The notes below the pieces were generated by a model. The model did no database searches. It had not been told where the DNA came from and worked only from the letters and a program-made list of their open reading frames with translations. Below are positions 29,114-39,035 of a stretch of 64,000 nt of DNA, in pieces (within the stretch, counting starts at the first letter, position 1; each line of letters starts with the position of its first letter). A program made the position numbers and the translations under genes. The stretch is from IMG/VR virus record IMGVR_UViG_3300032562_000004, positions 124,001 to 188,000 of that record; one strand, given 5' to 3'.

Positions 29114-29793
29114 TAGTCCCAAAGTCCCTCGTAGTACTTTCCTAGAAGCCGGAAACCATTGGTCTTTCTTGCTTGGTGTGCTCTCAGTCCATCCCAATCT
29201 ACCTTAGGTCCAACATAATCTTTATCCCAAGGTGCTGTATCACGACAACCCGTGTGGTCAAAGAATTGTGATTCATCATCATCTGTGACTTTTTGTGTAA
29301 AAGCCCAAATCATTTCATTGAGAACCCAATCCCATTTAAGGTGAACGGTGGATTCGCCATCATCTTCACCCATATCAACTGCATGAACCTGTATTGTATT
29401 ACGAACATCATTTTTCTTGCGTTTTAGTTTTGGTTTCTTAACTGCTCTTAATTCTTCTGGTACATCTTCATCATCTACCATTGGTGAACCATGTTTATCA
29501 TTACGCAACTGTATTAACATTGGTAGAATAATCTCAGCCAATGTATGATCCATTGACCAAGTATCCCATCGGTCAATCTTAATATAAGTCCATCTTGGAT
29601 GAATAAAGTCTAAAAACTTTTGCCATGCAATACAAATAGGATTCAAAAAGTTAACCACTTTTACATATTTGCCTGTGCCTGTATCTTCAAGATCATAGAA
29701 TACATCATCATTCTTTTCCCAAAAACAAACTTTTTTGAGAATAGTATATGGAGAAATCCAATGATTACGATATTTACTAATCCAAACTTTCAT
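29113..29793 (-). CDS. Hypothetical phage protein
   Basis: 226 aa; IDRWDTWSMDHTLAEIILPML...W.WVLNEMIWAF. Confidence 0.65.
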   Translation of the reverse strand: MKVWISKYRNHWISPYTILKKVCFWEKNDDVFYDLEDTGTGKYVKVVNFLNPICIAWQKFLDFIHPRWTYIKIDRWDTWSMDHTLAEIILPMLIQLRNDKHGSPMVDDEDVPEELRAVKKPKLKRKKNDVRNTIQVHAVDMGEDDGESTVHLKWDWVLNEMIWAFTQKVTDDDESQFFDHTGCRDTAPWDKDYVGPKVDWDGLRAHQARKTNGFRLLGKYYEGLWD

Positions 29794-29908
29794 TTTTATC
29801 CTTTAATGGCACAATATAATATTATAATCACAATTAATATGATTGGCAACCAGGCACGCAAGGTCATTGGTTCATTACTTGGTAATTTTGGTGGTGTAGG
29901 TCTTAGCA

Positions 29909-30865
29909 TTACACCACCACATATTGTAATTCAAATTGATCTGCACGTGCTTCGTAACCATCATAACCACGAGGATTACAAATCACTCTAGTACCTTTAA
30001 TCATGTAATCAAAAGGATGATGAGTGTGTCCATGAGTCCACAATTTAATCTGTGGACGATCCATAATAAAATCAATCAAATCACTAGTGTAAGCACCATT
30101 CATTGTCCTATCATTGGCATACATTTTGTGTATGCTGAATGGACTTGGTGTATGATGGCCAACAACCACATATTTTCTATCATGATTACCTTCAACAACA
30201 TGCCGGATAAAGTCCAACATCTTCTTATGGTCCTCTACCGAATCTTCAGGACAGAATTTGCTTGGTTCATCTTTATGTTTATAACCAATTGGGAACATAT
30301 TTCCCTTTTCGTCTTTTATATAACGACCACCATTCTTACCATCTTCTGTGTACAATAGATTTTCTTCATAGATTGGCACCTGGCGACTAACCATTCTATT
30401 ACTATTCTTTACACAATTAAAATCATTCATGGCACTACGGACATGGAACAAAGTCATTGGATCTTCCTTGTTCATATCAGTCCATAATGTACCACCAATA
30501 AAGGTAACATCATTCAATTCAAATACTTCTTTATCTAAAATGTGTAGATTAGGTAAGTAACTCAACATTTTCTTTAGATGGTCAATAGTATATTTGAAAT
30601 CATAATGATAATGCTCATGATTACCCATAACATAGATTACATGTGGAAACATGGCACAGCAATTACTGAAGAAATCATGGATTCTTCGGCTTTTATTAGT
30701 GCCAAGAGCGGCATGGCCATATTTAAAATCAGGACTAGTTTGTTCCAACAAATCGGCCGCAACACAAATATCACCACTCAGGATCAATACATCAGCCTGT
30801 TGGTCATTCTTTAAAAGGATATCTCCGAATTCCAAATGAATGTCGGAAGCTAAAGCAATTTTCAT
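29909..30865 (-). CDS. Calcineurin-like metallophosphoesterase
   Basis: SDIHLE, GDI, MGNHEHY, VVGHHTP, GHTH motifs. Confidence 0.88.
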   Translation of the reverse strand: MKIALASDIHLEFGDILLKNDQQADVLILSGDICVAADLLEQTSPDFKYGHAALGTNKSRRIHDFFSNCCAMFPHVIYVMGNHEHYHYDFKYTIDHLKKMLSYLPNLHILDKEVFELNDVTFIGGTLWTDMNKEDPMTLFHVRSAMNDFNCVKNSNRMVSRQVPIYEENLLYTEDGKNGGRYIKDEKGNMFPIGYKHKDEPSKFCPEDSVEDHKKMLDFIRHVVEGNHDRKYVVVGHHTPSPFSIHKMYANDRTMNGAYTSDLIDFIMDRPQIKLWTHGHTHHPFDYMIKGTRVICNPRGYDGYEARADQFELQYVVV

Positions 30866-30866
30866 T

Positions 30867-31160
30867 TTAATTCCATATTCTATGTTTTTCTGCGACCCAT
30901 TCTAGGCCATCATATTCTTCAAGCTGCCATTCTACTTCATCGGGAATATTTACTACTTTTAACTCTGAAAATCTACCATTGGCCTCATCGCCTAATTCTT
31001 CTATCACACGAACCAAATATTGGTCATTACGTTCAATATCATAATAAGACCAATCTTCTTGCCAATCTTTCCATTCAATCATAGAATATTGGCAAAATAG
31101 TTTTTGTGCCTTTTCAGATAAACTAAATCCGCCATGGCAAGAGTTAATTACAATTTTCAA
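30867..31160 (-). CDS. Hypothetical phage protein
   Basis: MKIVINSCHGGFSLS...EEYDGLEWVAE. Confidence 0.65.
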   Translation of the reverse strand: MKIVINSCHGGFSLSEKAQKLFCQYSMIEWKDWQEDWSYYDIERNDQYLVRVIEELGDEANGRFSELKVVNIPDEVEWQLEEYDGLEWVAEKHRIWN

Positions 31161-31441
31161 TGTAATATATCCTTATTTTCTTCTTGTGATAATATCTGTT
31201 CGGGAGCTTTTAGTAGTTCAATAAAATCATCCTGATATTGACCTTGTTTGGACAACCATGTTAATCGTGCCAATATAACGGCAGTCAAATTTAATGCTGG
31301 CACCTCATATGTATTCATCCATTTTAACAAGGCCATATCAATATCTTCCGATAGGTCTGCCAGCATTTTATCTTCTTCAATTGTTGCCATTACCATCTTC
31401 TTTCCACATTTTCTCACAACTTGATTTGGTTGCATTATCAT
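31157..31441 (-). CDS. Hypothetical protein (true start uncertain)
   Basis: Tiled. Confidence 0.45.
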   Translation of the reverse strand: MIMQPNQVVRKCGKKMVMATIEEDKMLADLSEDIDMALLKWMNTYEVPALNLTAVILARLTWLSKQGQYQDDFIELLKAPEQILSQEENKDILH

Positions 31442-31721
31442 TCAAACGAATACAATCTTCAATAAACTCAGATGGCGCTACCTCAGCTGAACTTACAGCT
31501 TTTACCTCAGGTGAATCCACGGTCTTGGCAGATGGCATAGAGAATACAAATAAACAACCAGCAACACCAATGCCCAATAGAATTTGTTTCCAATAGGTCA
31601 ATAGAATCAATCCAACAATAAGTGTGAAAAAGATTCCAACAATTAATAATTGTAATACTGTTGGAGTAATACCAACAGAGGACAACATATCAATAATATT
31701 CATGATTAGTAAGCATCGCAA
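31377..31721 (-). CDS. Membrane protein
   Basis: Two TM helices. Confidence 0.5.
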   Translation of the reverse strand: MRCLLIMNIIDMLSSVGITPTVLQLLIVGIFFTLIVGLILLTYWKQILLGIGVAGCLFVFSMPSAKTVDSPEVKAVSSAEVAPSEFIEDCIRLNDNATKSSCEKMWKEDGNGNN

Positions 31722-31945
31722 CGAACATCAACAGGCACCAATACCTTGCCACCAGTATCAACCTTTTGTGCCACATATTCGGTAGTAGGTCTCATCTTGG
31801 CACGGAGACATTCACGACCTGCATTGATTACTTCATTGCGACTCATGACCTCAGGACCATCATAACCTTTTACTTTATAAACAGGTGCAGATGAACAGGC
31901 TGGCATCATTAATACACATGCCACGACCAACAGTTTAACTTTCAC
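31706..31945 (-). CDS. Putative lipoprotein
   Basis: Signal-like N-terminus ending MPAC. Confidence 0.5.
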   Translation of the reverse strand: MKVKLLVVACVLMMPACSSAPVYKVKGYDGPEVMSRNEVINAGRECLRAKMRPTTEYVAQKVDTGGKVLVPVDVRCDAY

Positions 31946-32405
31946 TTTTTTTCTCCATAATATACTTAATTACTTCTTTTGCATCTTTCATATCAGACTT
32001 TTCTACTGCCTCATCAATCATATCCAATTGAACGCTATGCAAATGATTTAAATGTATTGTAATCATAATATCTCTTAGATTACGAACATTAAGAGGTAAT
32101 GGTTTATAATTCATTTACCCGTATCCACTTTAACTGAAACATTCTTAACAGTTTCAATACCATTATCTAATGCCTTGGCAATACCAGTAAAACCTACTGT
32201 AGCCACAATAAATCCCAAAATACAACCAATAATAAAATTAAACATAATCTTCCGCCAATACAATATATTCAATATACAAATTGTCCAATTCTTCATCAGA
32301 CTTTTTAATCAATGCATCAGTAGTAAAACCTTTAAATGATAACATTGTAATAATTTCTTCACGACTAATATGATCCATAAAAAACTCCTCGCCAATTAAG
32401 ATACC

Positions 32406-32433
32406 ATTATAACACATAGGTGGATGGTGTCAA
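32406..32433 (-). promoter_or_regulatory. Sigma70-type early promoter
   Basis: TTGACA-16 nt-TATAAT. Confidence 0.75.
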
Positions 32434-32447
32434 TACCAATGTTGTAC

Positions 32448-32666
32448 CTAAGCAACACAAATCAACTTACCAATGCCAGTATACTCCTCAATGGCATGCT
32501 TTAACTGCTTAGGAGACGCCTTAGGTGCAATAAACACATAATCCAACTCAGGATTCACATCATTGTCCGACAGCACCTTATTCAAGTATAGGACAGCTTC
32601 ACGAGCATCATCAAACTCTTTCATGCCAATATTATTAAACAACTTTGGTTTTGCAATATATTTCAT
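32448..32666 (-). CDS. Hypothetical protein
   Basis: Tiled. Confidence 0.5.
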   Translation of the reverse strand: MKYIAKPKLFNNIGMKEFDDAREAVLYLNKVLSDNDVNPELDYVFIAPKASPKQLKHAIEEYTGIGKLICVA

Positions 32667-33028
32667 TTCTTATCTTTCTTGTTTGGTTTAATTGCTGCAA
32701 TACCATATCCTTGGCCATCATAGGCATCTGATAACTGTTCACGCATTGCGGCACATTCATCTTCAAGCATTTGAATTTTAATGGCTGCATCAAGATTTTC
32801 ATTCAACAATTTTTTGTGTTGGCGAACTAAATCCATATGGACATCTTCAAATAAATCCCACAATTTGTTAAACTTCAATTCATACATTTCTTTCATACCA
32901 AATAACACATTGGTAGTCTGGTCTGTAGTGAGTCCATGTTCAAGTATAGCTTCAGCTAAATCATAGATATCATCCGTTACTGTCCAACATTTTTGAATCT
33001 GTTGTTCAAAATCAAATCTATCACTCAT
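32663..33028 (-). CDS. Hypothetical protein
   Basis: DRFDFEQQIQKCW.VTDDI N-terminus; tiled. Confidence 0.55.
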   Translation of the reverse strand: MSDRFDFEQQIQKCWTVTDDIYDLAEAILEHGLTTDQTTNVLFGMKEMYELKFNKLWDLFEDVHMDLVRQHKKLLNENLDAAIKIQMLEDECAAMREQLSDAYDGQGYGIAAIKPNKKDKK

Positions 33029-33209
33029 TTTTTTACTTTCTTTTTCTTTGGATTATACAAATCGTTATTAACAGCTTCTTTCAACATAGCAACCATACCC
33101 CATTGAATTAATAAAGCAAGAGCTTCTCGGTCAAAATTAATGGTTGCTTCAGCAGAACCATCTTCATTTTCTTCGATTACCTCAATTTCGAGTTTCATAA
33201 TTTACCTTT

Positions 33210-33367
33210 CACCTTATTGAAATACATCAACCCTAGAAGTTTCGAACCTTCTAAGTAACCCATCGGAATCTGTGTCGACCATAGTCCGCATATATGTATT
33301 GATTGGCGATGTATTTCAATAAGGTGTCACCGACTTACTGGCGTTTCACAACGAGCATGCGGTGACC
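33210..33367 (-). ncRNA. Intergenic structured element: perfect 19-bp inverted repeat around 79 nt, plus an adjacent hairpin
   Basis: CACCTTATTGAAATACATC (33210-33228) / GATGTATTTCAATAAGGTG (33308-33326); GTCACCG/CGGTGAC. Confidence 0.55.
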
Positions 33368-33371
33368 TAGA

Positions 33372-33713
33372 TTAAACTGTTACGGATTGTGTAAATGATT
33401 CGTCAGATGACTGTTTTGCAACACCACTTGGTGATTTTACTGTGGCGCCTTTGAATCGGCCATTTTGGTCAAATTGATCCGGATTGACTAATTGGTATCC
33501 GGTCACAGCACGGCCAGATTTAATGACCTTAATAACCGCACCATCTAAACGGCAATTATATATGTTCGTGGAAAGTCGGTACATTACCTTTTCTTGGTCT
33601 GTACCTTTAAAGCAATCAGCAATCTCCTGTGGAGATACCGGTTTGCCTGATAGAAGGCATTGCAACACTTTTTCATGACGATTAGGTTTACCCTTGCGTA
33701 CCATTTGTTTCAT
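33372..33713 (-). CDS. Winged-HTH-like protein
   Basis: RHEKVLQCLLSGKPVSPQEIA...RLST.IYN.R..G..I. Confidence 0.5.
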   Translation of the reverse strand: MKQMVRKGKPNRHEKVLQCLLSGKPVSPQEIADCFKGTDQEKVMYRLSTNIYNCRLDGAVIKVIKSGRAVTGYQLVNPDQFDQNGRFKGATVKSPSGVAKQSSDESFTQSVTV

Positions 33714-33779
33714 AATATATTTCCTTACTCAATTAAATTAATAAATTAATACTTCTCACATACAACATAAACCATTATA

Positions 33780-34973
33780 CTACACTTGAGGTTGGTTGGC
33801 AACCTCGGAAGTGGTAGCAATGGTACTCGTATTCGCTGGTGATTCTACTGATGCATCCACTTTTGAATACAAATCTAAAAATGCCATTTTGGTTTCTTCG
33901 TCAAAACGATTCACACACAATGTAATGGCCTTCATTCTATCTTTAAAGATACCAAATGCTTTGGCAATATGTACCAATCGGCGAGTAGAGATAATCTCGT
34001 CAGTAGCACCTTCTTGGTATGATTTACGAACCACATCAGCCCATTGGCAAAGATTCTCAACAAAATCTTTATCATCAAGCAATGGTCCTAAAATCTTTTT
34101 CTCGGTCTTAGCATCAGGGAATTCCTGCTCTACCGTAATCGGGAATCTTTCCAAAAATGCATCATCTAATATCTGTGATAGATATTTGCCTTCATCACTA
34201 CCACGACCTTTGGTATTTGCCGTTGCAATGATATTAAATCCATCTTTTGGATAAACCATTTCACCAGATTTCTTATTGTAATGTGGTTTGCCTTCCATGA
34301 TGCCTTGCAAACACATCAACTTATTAGAACCACGGTCTACTTCGTCAATCAACAATACTGCGCCACGCTTCATAGCAATAAGCACAGGACCATCACGATT
34401 GACCACATTACCATTCACCAATGTAGGACCGCCAAGTAGGTCACTCTCATCAGTTTCGACAGAGATATTCACACGGATACATTCACGATTCAACTCCGCA
34501 CACACCTGTTCGACCATCAAGGTCTTGCCGTTGCCTGATAGACCAGTAACAAATATCGGATAGAATGATTTGCTACCAATGATATTCTTCATATCTTTAT
34601 AGAAACCAAATGGCACATAATCAGGCCATTTCTGTGGTACAGCAGGTTCAGAATCATCTACCAGTTTTGGTTGACGGAACTCCAACACTTGTGCTGGTTG
34701 TGCATATGCCATTTCAGTTTCGGGTTCAATAACTTTACAATCAGCATCGTTTAACTTTACAATACTTTCTTTTAACTTTACAATCTTTTCACCTGATGGT
34801 GGCACTTTGTATTGACCACGGTCATAACGATATTGTGATTTTGTAACCAGCCAATATGGGTATGGTGCATCTGATTCATTACACACTTTGGTAATATCAT
34901 CACGATTCAAAATTGGTTCTGAACCAAAGATTGATTCAGCTGCTACAATAAATTGCTTTGCATTTTTATTCAT
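33780..34973 (-). CDS. MoxR/CbbQ/CobS-like AAA+ ATPase
   Basis: GLSGNGKT Walker A, LLIDEVDR, ATANTKG, AFLERF. Confidence 0.88.
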   Translation of the reverse strand: MNKNAKQFIVAAESIFGSEPILNRDDITKVCNESDAPYPYWLVTKSQYRYDRGQYKVPPSGEKIVKLKESIVKLNDADCKVIEPETEMAYAQPAQVLEFRQPKLVDDSEPAVPQKWPDYVPFGFYKDMKNIIGSKSFYPIFVTGLSGNGKTLMVEQVCAELNRECIRVNISVETDESDLLGGPTLVNGNVVNRDGPVLIAMKRGAVLLIDEVDRGSNKLMCLQGIMEGKPHYNKKSGEMVYPKDGFNIIATANTKGRGSDEGKYLSQILDDAFLERFPITVEQEFPDAKTEKKILGPLLDDKDFVENLCQWADVVRKSYQEGATDEIISTRRLVHIAKAFGIFKDRMKAITLCVNRFDEETKMAFLDLYSKVDASVESPANTSTIATTSEVANQPQV

Positions 34974-34980
34974 AATATCC

Positions 34981-35196
34981 TTAATCTAATAAAACCATAT
35001 ACGCTTCTGCGTTGTTATTCATAAACCAGTTAATGCCTTTTCTTAAACCATCATAATCACCAAAGATTTCACAACCTTTTAATGTATCATATACAGCAAC
35101 TTCTTCAGGTGATAACATAATGCCTTCACCTGAAAATGGATTGGTGATATACTCACTCATTTCACCAATAAAAATATCTTTGTAAGGCAATTTCAT
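34981..35196 (-). CDS. Hypothetical protein
   Basis: NPFSGEGIMLSPEEVAVYD...YMVLLD. Confidence 0.55.
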   Translation of the reverse strand: MKLPYKDIFIGEMSEYITNPFSGEGIMLSPEEVAVYDTLKGCEIFGDYDGLRKGINWFMNNNAEAYMVLLD

Positions 35197-35211
35197 AATA
35201 TTCCTTTTAAA

Positions 35212-36075
35212 TTAACCAACGATGGCATATTCTGCCAATTCTTTCCATTTACCATTAGGATTCGATTTACGAATCTTGGTAACCTGTATCAAAGTTCTTA
35301 ACGATAACTCTTTAACAGAATCGGCCAATTTACTAATCAAATTCATGGCATCATTCTTACTAACTAAATCATACTCAGGCATAAAATCTTTCTGCGTCAA
35401 TAAATGTTTCATTCTTTCAATCTTCTGCTCTGTGGTCATATTCAAATCAACTGCCAAGCTACGGGTAACGATTGCTTGGTCTAGTGCTACATTGCTCATA
35501 TTAGAGATAAACACCACACCACCTTTGAACTCAAAGGCATTAGGTAAATCTTCATCACGAATGTCCGCATTATATGAAATGATACGGCGTGAATATGAAT
35601 CAAGTGCAGCTTTTAATATATTCAATGATGTTGCATCTTTTAATACTGAATCACAATCATCAAACACCACAATACTATTACGATTCTCATACAAGGTACG
35701 ATACAAACCCTTGGCAGTAGAATAACCTTTGACTACACGATACGCATTGGCAGGCACATCATCACCAATATCCAAACCTGTTACATCCATCAAACCAGTA
35801 TTGGCTAATGTAGTGGTAACAGTATGTGATTTACCTAAACCACCAGGTCCTGTTACTACAACGGATGCTTGGTCTTTCTTGGCCAACATTGTAACCATAT
35901 CAGAAAGAAAACCAAATCGCTCATTGATTGTAAATTTGGATTCCATCACTGCGCCAGTAACTTTGGTTCCTGCCTTACGCAATACATATTGTAAATGTTC
36001 AATTTTGGTACGCTTCACGGTTTTGCCATTAATCACGGCAGTATATTTTCCATTTACGAATTTAATATCGGACAT
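35212..36075 (-). CDS. AAA+ ATPase
   Basis: GPGGLGKS Walker A, VVFDDCD Walker B, FISN sensor. Confidence 0.82.
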   Translation of the reverse strand: MSDIKFVNGKYTAVINGKTVKRTKIEHLQYVLRKAGTKVTGAVMESKFTINERFGFLSDMVTMLAKKDQASVVVTGPGGLGKSHTVTTTLANTGLMDVTGLDIGDDVPANAYRVVKGYSTAKGLYRTLYENRNSIVVFDDCDSVLKDATSLNILKAALDSYSRRIISYNADIRDEDLPNAFEFKGGVVFISNMSNVALDQAIVTRSLAVDLNMTTEQKIERMKHLLTQKDFMPEYDLVSKNDAMNLISKLADSVKELSLRTLIQVTKIRKSNPNGKWKELAEYAIVG

Positions 36076-36098
36076 AATTTCTCACAATTAAAACAACC

Positions 36099-36126
36099 AT
36101 TATACAGGTACCACACCACAAGTCAA
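36099..36126 (-). promoter_or_regulatory. Sigma70-type early promoter
   Basis: TTGACT-16 nt-TATAAT. Confidence 0.7.
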
Positions 36127-36282
36127 GAATTATTTGCGCTGCTGTTGTTTTGGTACAACACCATCAGGTATAGAAGGTCTGGACAACAATTGGTGCTGGA
36201 TCACCAGTCAATCCAAAGCGCCTGGAATTGGCGACCATATCAGCAATATTATCATCATAATGGTCATCTTTCATTTGTGTTT

Positions 36283-36492
36283 TCATTCTTCAACTCCAAA
36301 ATGTTCTTCAATCATTCTGTTTGACCACTTACCCCAATCTTCACTATATTGATTTTTTACTACTTCAGCACATTCCTTGACAATCAACTCGGCGAATTTC
36401 ATTCTACTAAATGAATAGTATTCTTCGCCGGTGATAGGGTCAATTAGTTTTTCTTGTGCTAATGCAGAGAGTTCGTTAAATTTCTCGTTCAT
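36283..36492 (-). CDS. Small protein of the MNE...FAELIV.ECA...EHFGVEE repeated family (copy A)
   Basis: Shares 24 identical nt at its 3' end with 53024-53290. Confidence 0.65.
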   Translation of the reverse strand: MNEKFNELSALAQEKLIDPITGEEYYSFSRMKFAELIVKECAEVVKNQYSEDWGKWSNRMIEEHFGVEE

Positions 36493-36707
36493 TATTCAAC
36501 TCCGAAAACTGAAATTTTCTTAACCATATCACCTAACCGCAGTTCTACAGCCAGGCGCCGTTCGTTTCCGTTAAACATGCCGTCGCTAACTACAGTAGTA
36601 TTAGCGATTTCATTAAACAATAACTCGGCCAGCTTATTAGCACGGCCTGCTAACTCTGGAGCCGCATAGCCTGCCTCTAGCATAAGTTCTTTAAGACGTT
36701 CGTTCAT
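36492..36707 (-). CDS. Same small-protein family (copy B)
   Basis: MNERLKELMLEAG...KLAELL...FGVE. Confidence 0.6.
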   Translation of the reverse strand: MNERLKELMLEAGYAAPELAGRANKLAELLFNEIANTTVVSDGMFNGNERRLAVELRLGDMVKKISVFGVE

Positions 36708-36708
36708 A

Positions 36709-36906
36709 TCAATATCCTTCGTATTGTTCCAGTGTTCTTATTAGATCAGGTAGTGCTCGCTTGTCTATGGTCAGGTAATATGGACCAATATCATCGTAGG
36801 CGTGTAATTGGATTCGAACGGCGTCTTTATTGTCTGATACTGATAGATACGGCAGACCTGTTGGGCCATTGATCGTGATCATTTCTTTACTGCCTCCAGG
36901 TAGCAT
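36709..36906 (-). CDS. Hypothetical protein
   Basis: Tiled. Confidence 0.45.
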   Translation of the reverse strand: MLPGGSKEMITINGPTGLPYLSVSDNKDAVRIQLHAYDDIGPYYLTIDKRALPDLIRTLEQYEGY

Positions 36907-37202
36907 TCTTTACAAGCACTATCATTTCCATGTTTACATACATCTAATAACGGATTATCAAAATCATATACCCGATCTGCTTGTGCTAATTTAGCTTTTA
37001 ATAATTCATTCTCAACTGCCAATTCATCTGCTCGAACCATTTCGTGTGAGTGTGTCGAGAACAGCAGGTCTCGTTCCTTTTGTAGCTGGCGTAGCTTTGC
37101 CTCAGCTTTTATTAAATATGCTTCAGCATTTCCATAGTAGGATTCTGCGCCGGCAAGCATGGTTTTTATTTCATCAGCTAGTTCATTTGCGTTCATTACC
37201 AT
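36879..37202 (-). CDS. Coiled-coil hypothetical protein with C-terminal Cys motif
   Basis: CKHGNDSACKEC. Confidence 0.5.
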   Translation of the reverse strand: MVMNANELADEIKTMLAGAESYYGNAEAYLIKAEAKLRQLQKERDLLFSTHSHEMVRADELAVENELLKAKLAQADRVYDFDNPLLDVCKHGNDSACKECYLEAVKK

Positions 37203-37501
37203 TGTTCTGTTCCAAATTTTAGTCTAAACCATACAGCATCTGCAGGATCTCTAAAATAGACCACGGTGTAATCTTCGGACCGGTCAGCCACAGGACTGCG
37301 GCGGTGCCGGGTCCTGCCCCAGCTCTTGTCGTGATATGCTTCTATTGTAACCGGGGTGATCAATCTAGCAAACCAACGGCGGCCTTTTTGAACTCCAGCC
37401 GGTCCAAAGTTCTCTTCACAAAATGCGTATGTATAATACCAGGCGGCTGAATTACCTGCTCGAATTCGTGTAGTTGCTGTGCCCATTATTCTACCCACCA
37501 T
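37196..37501 (-). CDS. Hypothetical protein (ends VWFRLKFG)
   Basis: C-terminus resembles those of 37851 (FFRLAWS) and 46068 (FLLRWG). Confidence 0.5.
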   Translation of the reverse strand: MVGRIMGTATTRIRAGNSAAWYYTYAFCEENFGPAGVQKGRRWFARLITPVTIEAYHDKSWGRTRHRRSPVADRSEDYTVVYFRDPADAVWFRLKFGTEQW

Positions 37502-37848
37502 TCAATTTTAGGATTTGTTTTTTCATACTGTTCAACCAATTGGTCCATAGTCCACAAGTCATCAGTTTCAATAGTTTCTAACCATTTACCAAATTGAGCC
37601 CACGATGAATCTTTCATAGGATCAACACCAATTTCCGCACCCCACGGACCTAACCCTGTGCCACAACAATCAATACGACCACATGAATAACTTTGTAGTA
37701 TCTCATCATACTCAAATGATTCACCAGCTTTTCTGCCAGTGAGTTTGGAATCTTCTGTTAGTGTTCGGGTGACCCGTTTGGTCAATCCGCGATCTATATA
37801 CCATTGCAAGTTAATAACACCCATCCAATTTGTAGAATACCTAATCAT
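37486..37848 (-). CDS. Hypothetical protein
   Basis: MIRYSTNWMG.INL.W; tiled. Confidence 0.55.
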   Translation of the reverse strand: MIRYSTNWMGVINLQWYIDRGLTKRVTRTLTEDSKLTGRKAGESFEYDEILQSYSCGRIDCCGTGLGPWGAEIGVDPMKDSSWAQFGKWLETIETDDLWTMDQLVEQYEKTNPKIEWWVE

Positions 37849-37850
37849 CG

Positions 37851-38120
37851 TTAACTCCAGGCCAAACGGAAAAAGGTTGCCAACTGCTCGGAAGCAAATC
37901 TATAGCCCAATTCGGTCTGCTGATAATCGGTTCCACACTGATAGCCATGATCAACTAACCACTGACTCATGCCTTCGCATCGTTGAGCGATTTCTTTACG
38001 GATCTCAAGTCTGTCCTGATTCTTACCTGTGCCTAGACTAGTATAGCGACGCACCAAATCCGCATAAAACGGTTCGGTATCTACAGCAATACAAAGATGT
38101 GGGTATAGTAGTTGACTCAT
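37851..38120 (-). CDS. Hypothetical protein
   Basis: Downstream of a TTGACT-17-TATAAT promoter. Confidence 0.5.
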   Translation of the reverse strand: MSQLLYPHLCIAVDTEPFYADLVRRYTSLGTGKNQDRLEIRKEIAQRCEGMSQWLVDHGYQCGTDYQQTELGYRFASEQLATFFRLAWS

Positions 38121-38291
38121 GCTACTATTATACTATCTTCAGTATTAAGAGTCAAGTCGTAAAAACCCACTAAAGTGTGCTTCTGTGAGAGGCAGGGTGG
38201 GTATGTGGCTTTTTGGCTACAGTTTTATTGTTTGGTGGCCAATCTTTCCACGGCTTGTTGAGCCATGGCCCGGAATGGACCCGAGGAAGGA

Positions 38292-38897
38292 CTACATTAC
38301 GGGTCCATTCCCATTCTTAAATCCGACTTCCCCTCCCTGCTCTTTAATCCTCTTTAATACATCTTCAAATAAGATTGGAGCAAAGTCGGGTAGTTGTTCA
38401 ACGGACACATTGAAATATCGTGGATCAATCTCGTCGCTATATAGAATTTTGCCGGTCTTGGCATCAACTCCGCGTGGCTTCATTACACGATTGGCGTGGA
38501 GGTGGCCGTGGATTGAGCAACCAAATCTACCTAGCGATTCTTCATGAATAGGAATATGGCTAAGAATCATTCCATTCATCACATGATATGCACGAAGTTC
38601 ACGGAAGTATTTCCGGTAGTCCTCATCTTTAAAAATGTCGTGATTACCACGAATAAGAACCTTGTCTCCGTTAAGTCTATCCATAATAGGCAATGCTTTT
38701 CGATTCATAACAACATCACCTAAGTGGTAAACTTTGTCGTTAGGTCGTACTCTTTCGTTCCATGCTGTAATCATGGCCTCATCCATCTCCTCAGCAGAGT
38801 CCCACGGGCGAAGTTTTGTAACCCCATCACTACGAGTGAAGCGACATACACCGGCATGACCAAAGTGTGTATCGCTAACTAAAAATACTGCTGGCAT
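38292..38897 (-). CDS. Calcineurin-like metallophosphoesterase
   Basis: SDTHFGH, YHLGDV, RGNHD, SHIP, HGHLH. Confidence 0.88.
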   Translation of the reverse strand: MPAVFLVSDTHFGHAGVCRFTRSDGVTKLRPWDSAEEMDEAMITAWNERVRPNDKVYHLGDVVMNRKALPIMDRLNGDKVLIRGNHDIFKDEDYRKYFRELRAYHVMNGMILSHIPIHEESLGRFGCSIHGHLHANRVMKPRGVDAKTGKILYSDEIDPRYFNVSVEQLPDFAPILFEDVLKRIKEQGGEVGFKNGNGPVM

Positions 38898-38959
38898 ATT
38901 ATGCTCCTTTCTCTAAGTTAATAAAACATTATACTATAAAAGTATTTTTTTGTCAATTC

Positions 38960-39035
38960 TGGTGGAAATGGAGGGATTCGAACCCCCGACCTTGTCCGTA
39001 TGAAGGACCTGCTCTACCAACTAAGCTACATTTCC
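38960..39035 (-). tRNA. tRNA anticodon CAT (elongator Met or Ile2)
   Basis: Cloverleaf, loop TTCATAC, CCA. Confidence 0.85.
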
